From contig CAWFJP010000030.1 of the NCBI GenBank assembly GCA_963816145.1, positions 352,001 through 416,000 of the forward strand: a stretch of DNA of 64,000 bases, given 5' to 3'. Positions 58,253 to 64,000 of this stretch are shown one piece after another. Every line of letters starts with the position of its first letter. Position 1 is the first letter of the stretch. The DNA comes from an uncultured delta proteobacterium (GTDB taxonomy: Bacteria > Desulfobacterota > Binatia > UBA9968). The notes beneath the pieces were generated by a model that worked only from the letters and a program-made list of their open reading frames with translations, ran no database searches and was not told the origin of the DNA. A program made the position numbers and the translations under genes.

Positions 58253-59836
58253 ATGAAGATACTCGTTACCGACTCCCTGGCACCGGAAGGCCTGGCGGTT
58301 TTTCACAACGCCGAAGGTTTTGAAGTCGACGTCAAGATCGGTCTCAAACCCGACGAACTGAAAAAAATCTGCGGCGCCTACGACGGCTGGGTGATCCGTA
58401 GCGGCACCAAGATCACCGCCGAGTTGATCGACGCGGCCAGCAACCTGAAAGTCATCGGCCGCGCCGGCGTGGGTTATGAAAACATCGATGCCGACGCCGC
58501 CACCCAACGCGGCATCGTCGTCATGAACACTCCAGGCGGCAACAACGTCACCACCGGCGAGCATACCATTGCGCTGATGATGTCGATGGCGCGCCATATT
58601 CCCCAAGCCGTCGCTTCGCTCAAAGGCGGCAAGTGGGAGCGCAATAAGTTTGTCGGCGTCGAACTCTGCAACAAAACCATCGGCGTCATCGGCCTGGGCA
58701 ATGTCGGCCGTATCGTCGCCGAAAGGGCCGCCGGCTTGTGCATGAAAGTAATCGGCTTCGATCCCTTCATCGCGCCGGAAAACGTCGCCCGCATGGGCGT
58801 CGAGCCCAGCACGCTGGAAGACATTTTCACCAAGGCCGATTTCATCACCGTCCATGTGCCGCTCACCCCGGACACCCAGGGACTGATCAACAAAGCTGCT
58901 TTCGCCAAGATGAAGACCGGCGTGCGGATTATCAATTGCGCCCGCGGCGGTATCGTCGACGAGCAGGATCTCGCCGACGCAATCAAAGCCGGCAAAGTCG
59001 CCGGCGCCGCGCTCGATGTCTACGTTGACGAACCTCCCGCCGCCGAGCATCCATTAGTGAAGCTTGAGCAAGTCGTCACTACGCCGCATTTGGGCGCATC
59101 CACCGATGAGGCGCAGTTGAACGTCGCCATCGCCGTCGCCGAACAGATGGTCGACTTTCTCGCCAGAGGCGTAGTTCGCTACGCGGTCAACGTGCCGTCG
59201 GTGAGCCCGGAACTTCTCGAAGTCTTGCGCCCCTATCTCACGCTGGCAGAAAAGCTCGGCAGCCTGCACAGCCAGATGGCCGGTGCTTTGCCCAAGGAAG
59301 TTCAGGTCGAGTATCGTGGCGATGTCACTCAGTACAACGTCGCGCCATTAACCGTGGCTGTGTTAAAGGGTCTCCTGTCCCCGGTGATGGAATCCGCGGT
59401 CAACTATGTCAACGCGCCGGTGGTCGCTAAAGAGCGCGGCATCAAGATCGTCGAGTCCAAAGGCGAAGGGGTCGGCGATTTCACCAGCTCCATCGTCGTC
59501 AAGGCCAAGAACGGCAAACAGGACTTGGAAGTCGAAGGCGCGATATTCGGTGCCAAACATCCGCGCATTGTCCGCGTTAACGATTTCTATCTGGAAGCCG
59601 TGCCATCGGGCTATATCTTGATCCTGCAAAACAAGGATGTACCCGGTGTCGTCGGCGCAGTGGGAACCATCCTAGGCAACAACGGCATCAACATCGCCGG
59701 CATGGAGTTAGGCCGCAGCGAAAAGGGCGGCAACGCGATATCGTTCACGCATGTCGATGAAGCGGTCTCGAAAAAAGCCATCGACGAGCTGCTCGCCTTG
59801 CCGCAGATCGTCTCGGCGGAATTGGTCAAGCTATAG
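58253..59836 (+). CDS. serA: D-3-phosphoglycerate dehydrogenase
   Basis: GRAGVG, GLGNVG, NCARGG, PHLGASTDEAQ, ASB and ACT domains. Confidence 0.95.
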   Translation: MKILVTDSLAPEGLAVFHNAEGFEVDVKIGLKPDELKKICGAYDGWVIRSGTKITAELIDAASNLKVIGRAGVGYENIDADAATQRGIVVMNTPGGNNVTTGEHTIALMMSMARHIPQAVASLKGGKWERNKFVGVELCNKTIGVIGLGNVGRIVAERAAGLCMKVIGFDPFIAPENVARMGVEPSTLEDIFTKADFITVHVPLTPDTQGLINKAAFAKMKTGVRIINCARGGIVDEQDLADAIKAGKVAGAALDVYVDEPPAAEHPLVKLEQVVTTPHLGASTDEAQLNVAIAVAEQMVDFLARGVVRYAVNVPSVSPELLEVLRPYLTLAEKLGSLHSQMAGALPKEVQVEYRGDVTQYNVAPLTVAVLKGLLSPVMESAVNYVNAPVVAKERGIKIVESKGEGVGDFTSSIVVKAKNGKQDLEVEGAIFGAKHPRIVRVNDFYLEAVPSGYILILQNKDVPGVVGAVGTILGNNGINIAGMELGRSEKGGNAISFTHVDEAVSKKAIDELLALPQIVSAELVKL

Positions 59837-59840
59837 GACG

Positions 59841-61206
<1,366 letters not shown>

Positions 61207-61347
61207 CTCGGCAAATCGTCCGGGCAAGGCGCGCCTTACCCCCTTCACCGCAGCGGAAATAATTCCCTGCGCTCGCGCGATTAACCTTGAATAGCCCCGA
61301 TCCCCTGTTTATCATGTCAGCGACTATACACTCGCATGGAGGACGTT

Positions 61348-61656
61348 ATGGAAGGTGAAGCCAGCAGCAAAGAAAGATTGGCCGGCGATTTGAAAAATCT
61401 GGTCGCAGACGCCGAGGAACTGTTAAAAGCCACAGCAAGCCAGGCGGGCGATAAGATCGCTGTCGCGCGCCAAAAAATCGAGCAAAGCCTGATCGAAGGC
61501 AAAAAGGCCTTGGCCGACGCAGAGAAGACACTGGTCGCCAAATCCAAAGAAGCGGCCGAAGTCGCCGACGACTACGTTCGCGAGAATCCCTGGAGCGCCG
61601 TCGGTGTCGCGGCCGGCCTCGGGCTCATACTCGGGTTGCTGATTCGCGGTAAATAA
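61348..61656 (+). CDS. DUF883/ElaB/YqjD family membrane-anchored protein
   Basis: DDYVRENPWSAVGVAAGLG tail anchor; RBS GGAGGA. Confidence 0.9.
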   Translation: MEGEASSKERLAGDLKNLVADAEELLKATASQAGDKIAVARQKIEQSLIEGKKALADAEKTLVAKSKEAAEVADDYVRENPWSAVGVAAGLGLILGLLIRGK

Positions 61657-61665
61657 GCGTTGCCC

Positions 61666-62064
61666 ATGTTCGACAGCAGCAGCCGTCCGGGCGGGGGTGA
61701 CTCGCCCGGGATTTTGCATTCGTTACGAGCGCTCAGCACGGCGCTCGCGTCGGCCTTTCACACCCGCGTCGAACTGTTCGTCACCGAGCTTGAGGAAGAA
61801 CGCGAGCGGCTCAAGCAGACCCTGATCTTCACCATGCTGTTGCTCTTCGGCCTCAGCATGGGCTTCATTCTTCTGACCATTTTTCTGGTGGCGCTGTTTT
61901 GGGAGCGGGGCTGGATCGGTGCCATCGGCTTGCTGTCCTTTCTCTACTTGGGCGTCGCGACATTTGCCGCGGTCAAATTGCGCAACTCGGTTCTCAGCCG
62001 CCCAGGGCTGTTCCCCGCCACCCTGGCCGAGCTCGGCAAAGACCGCGACCGCTTCAAGGGTTGA
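61666..62064 (+). CDS. YqjE-like phage-holin family membrane protein
   Basis: TRVELFVTELEEE, two TMs, F.ATLAEL.KDR. Confidence 0.85.
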   Translation: MFDSSSRPGGGDSPGILHSLRALSTALASAFHTRVELFVTELEEERERLKQTLIFTMLLLFGLSMGFILLTIFLVALFWERGWIGAIGLLSFLYLGVATFAAVKLRNSVLSRPGLFPATLAELGKDRDRFKG

Positions 62065-62068
62065 GGCC

Positions 62069-62368
62069 ATGGCCAATCGCCTTGAAGAAATCGCCCGGCG
62101 CAAGCAAGCCTTGATCGACAAGGCCGCTCAAGAGCGCGCCGATCTAGCGCGCAGTTACGCCAATTTGAAATCACCCTTCGACCTCAGCTCGACCGTGTTG
62201 GGCATCGGCCGCACGCTAAAAACCCACCCCATCGTCGCCGCCGGCCTCTCAAGTTTTCTCGTCAGCGGCTACGCCGGCAAACTATTGAAATCGAGCATTG
62301 AAGCGCTGCAGCTCTGGAAGCTCGCCCAGCCGATCTGGAACTGGTGGCGCAAACGCCGCAATAAATAA
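62069..62368 (+). CDS. YqjK-like protein
   Basis: RKQALI..AAQERADLA; third gene of a yqjDEK-like cluster. Confidence 0.7.
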   Translation: MANRLEEIARRKQALIDKAAQERADLARSYANLKSPFDLSSTVLGIGRTLKTHPIVAAGLSSFLVSGYAGKLLKSSIEALQLWKLAQPIWNWWRKRRNK

Positions 62369-62415
62369 CCCGGCAGGCTAATCCTAGCAGTCCTTTCTCG
62401 TCTTGAATCCGAATT

Positions 62416-62454
62416 AACGATTGGAACGTTTTGAACGGCTGGAACGATTGGAAC
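62416..62454. repeat. 9-mer tandem repeat (AACGATTGG)
   Basis: aacgattgg aacgttttg aacggctgg aacgattgg aac, between convergent genes. Confidence 0.55.
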
Positions 62455-62471
62455 TACGCGGCGAAGCCGCG

Positions 62472-64000
62472 CTATTCCGTCCTCGCCCGCTCGACTTTTC
62501 TTGAATCCGCCGCGCCCTTCATCGTCACACCGTCCCAGGTAATCGCCTGCACTACCCCTAGCGCGCTTTGCGTGCGCAGCGCATGGCCGCGCTTTTCCAA
62601 ATCCTTTCTTGGTTCCGCCGCGATGCCCGCTTCGACACCCATGCGATCGGGCATCCATTGATGGTGAATGCGCGCCGACTCGACGGCAGCGGTCACCGGC
62701 ATCTTGAATTCAATTAGGTTGAGGATCGTCTGAAACGTCGCATTGATAATCCGCGGCCCGCCGGAAGCACCGACGACGATCTCAGGCCGACCATTGTTCA
62801 GGACAATAGTCGGCGACATGCTACTGAGCGGTCGCTTGTTGGGCTGGAGCGAGTTGGCCTGATTGCCGATCAAGCCGTAGACGTTACCGATGTCGCCATG
62901 GATCGCGAAATCGTCGATTTCGTTATTGAGTACGATGCCGACCTTGGGCACTAGCAGTTTCGAGCCGAAGCGCGTGTTGACCGTCTGTGTGCAAGCCACG
63001 GCATTACCGTCGCGGTCGATGACGCTGAAATGCGTGGTGCTGCCCTTCTCCCCGTTGTAATTGTAGTAGCCATAATAAGTCGGAGCGTAAGTCTTGTCCG
63101 GGGAAATCCGCCCGCGCACCCAGGCAGCATAGTTCTTATCCGTCAGCTTGCGGACCGGCACATGGACGAAATCCGGATCGCCGAGGTGCTCCGCGCGATC
63201 GGCAAACGCATGTTTCATCGCTTCGGCGAGCAAGTGTAAATAAGGTGCCGAGTTATGTTTGAACTCGTCGAACTTGTAACCTTCGACGACATTGAGCATC
63301 TGCAACAACGCTACCCCGCCCGAGCTCGGCGGCGGCATGGTGATCACCGTGCGGCCCCGGTAGCTGCCGACGAGCGGCTCGCGCCACACCGCTTTGTAGT
63401 TCTTCAGATCGTCGAGGGTCATGACGCCGCCCTCTTTCTTGACCATGTCGACGATCGCCTCGGCGATCCAGCCGCGATAAAAAACCTCGGCGCCCTCCTG
63501 CGCGATCGCTTTGATCGTCGCCGCCAGTCGTGGTTGGCGGATCAGCTCGCCTTCCTTGGGCACTTCGCCGTTGGGCATGTAGACGCTCCCGAGATCAGCG
63601 AAGCGCTTCAAGTTGTTGACGCCGCGTTCGATGGCGACGCGCAAGGTCGCGTCGAGGGGAAACCCTTCGGCCGCAAGCTTCACCGCCGGCGCCGCCAGAA
63701 CCGCCAGCGGCAAAGTGCCGAACTTTTTGCGCACCTCGATCAATCCCGCCGCCTCGCCGGGCACCGCTACCGCCAGCGGCCCTGTGAGGCTCGCCGCCGG
63801 CACTGGTTTGCCATCCTTCAAATATAACTCCCGGCGCGATGCTGCCGGCGCGGTCTCGCGAAAATCCAGTGCGAACGACTTCTTGTCTTTGGCGCGGTAG
63901 ATCACCATGAATCCGCCGCCGCCCAATCCCGACGACGCCTGATCGACCACCGACAACGCCAGCGCCGTGGCGATCGCTGCGTCGACGGCGTTGCCGCCGC
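62472..64000 (-). CDS. ggt: Gamma-glutamyltransferase (5' end beyond window)
   Basis: GGNAVDAAIA at the window edge, DFRETAP, PPSSGG, TTHFSV, PLSSMSP. Confidence 0.95.
   Translation of the reverse strand, partial: GGNAVDAAIATALALSVVDQASSGLGGGGFMVIYRAKDKKSFALDFRETAPAASRRELYLKDGKPVPAASLTGPLAVAVPGEAAGLIEVRKKFGTLPLAVLAAPAVKLAAEGFPLDATLRVAIERGVNNLKRFADLGSVYMPNGEVPKEGELIRQPRLAATIKAIAQEGAEVFYRGWIAEAIVDMVKKEGGVMTLDDLKNYKAVWREPLVGSYRGRTVITMPPPSSGGVALLQMLNVVEGYKFDEFKHNSAPYLHLLAEAMKHAFADRAEHLGDPDFVHVPVRKLTDKNYAAWVRGRISPDKTYAPTYYGYYNYNGEKGSTTHFSVIDRDGNAVACTQTVNTRFGSKLLVPKVGIVLNNEIDDFAIHGDIGNVYGLIGNQANSLQPNKRPLSSMSPTIVLNNGRPEIVVGASGGPRIINATFQTILNLIEFKMPVTAAVESARIHHQWMPDRMGVEAGIAAEPRKDLEKRGHALRTQSALGVVQAITWDGVTMKGAADSRKVERARTE

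Noticed and set aside
61666-62064. Holin-like gene as prophage evidence
   Set aside because: It is part of the common chromosomal yqjDEK-like cluster, with no phage genes nearby.

Overview
This is a GC-rich, gene-dense bacterial chromosome segment. The gene content resembles Deltaproteobacteria-like lineages (rnj-ftsK-lolA-rimO-dksA, several sigma54 activators, tandem TctC and ornithine cyclodeaminase paralogues). That would fit Candidatus Binatia/Binatota, but this is inference only. Most of the window is housekeeping and catabolic genes: a glrK-qseG-glrR-like triad, aguAB, mazG, ssb, hisF, trxB, moaC, rlmI, radC, serA, purA, yqjDEK-like and ggt. I found no rRNA, tRNA, CRISPR array, integrase or transposase. 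The most unusual locus is 24143-30429. It holds two duplicated pairs of small exported beta-rich proteins (one lipoprotein plus one Sec-secreted protein per pair, all four ending in PAKGE). The pairs flank a NarL-type two-component system and lie downstream of a cysteine-rich porin. A TAAGAC-TTAA-GTCTTA palindrome recurs in all three promoter regions, in positions that suggest a paralogue switch. Other highlights are a ZMP/ZTP riboswitch ahead of the aminotransferase-serA-purA operon, a sigma54-driven di-iron protein module, a three-level nested MITE/REP structure, a frameshifted isochorismatase-family gene, a degenerate FAH paralogue and a relic receiver domain.
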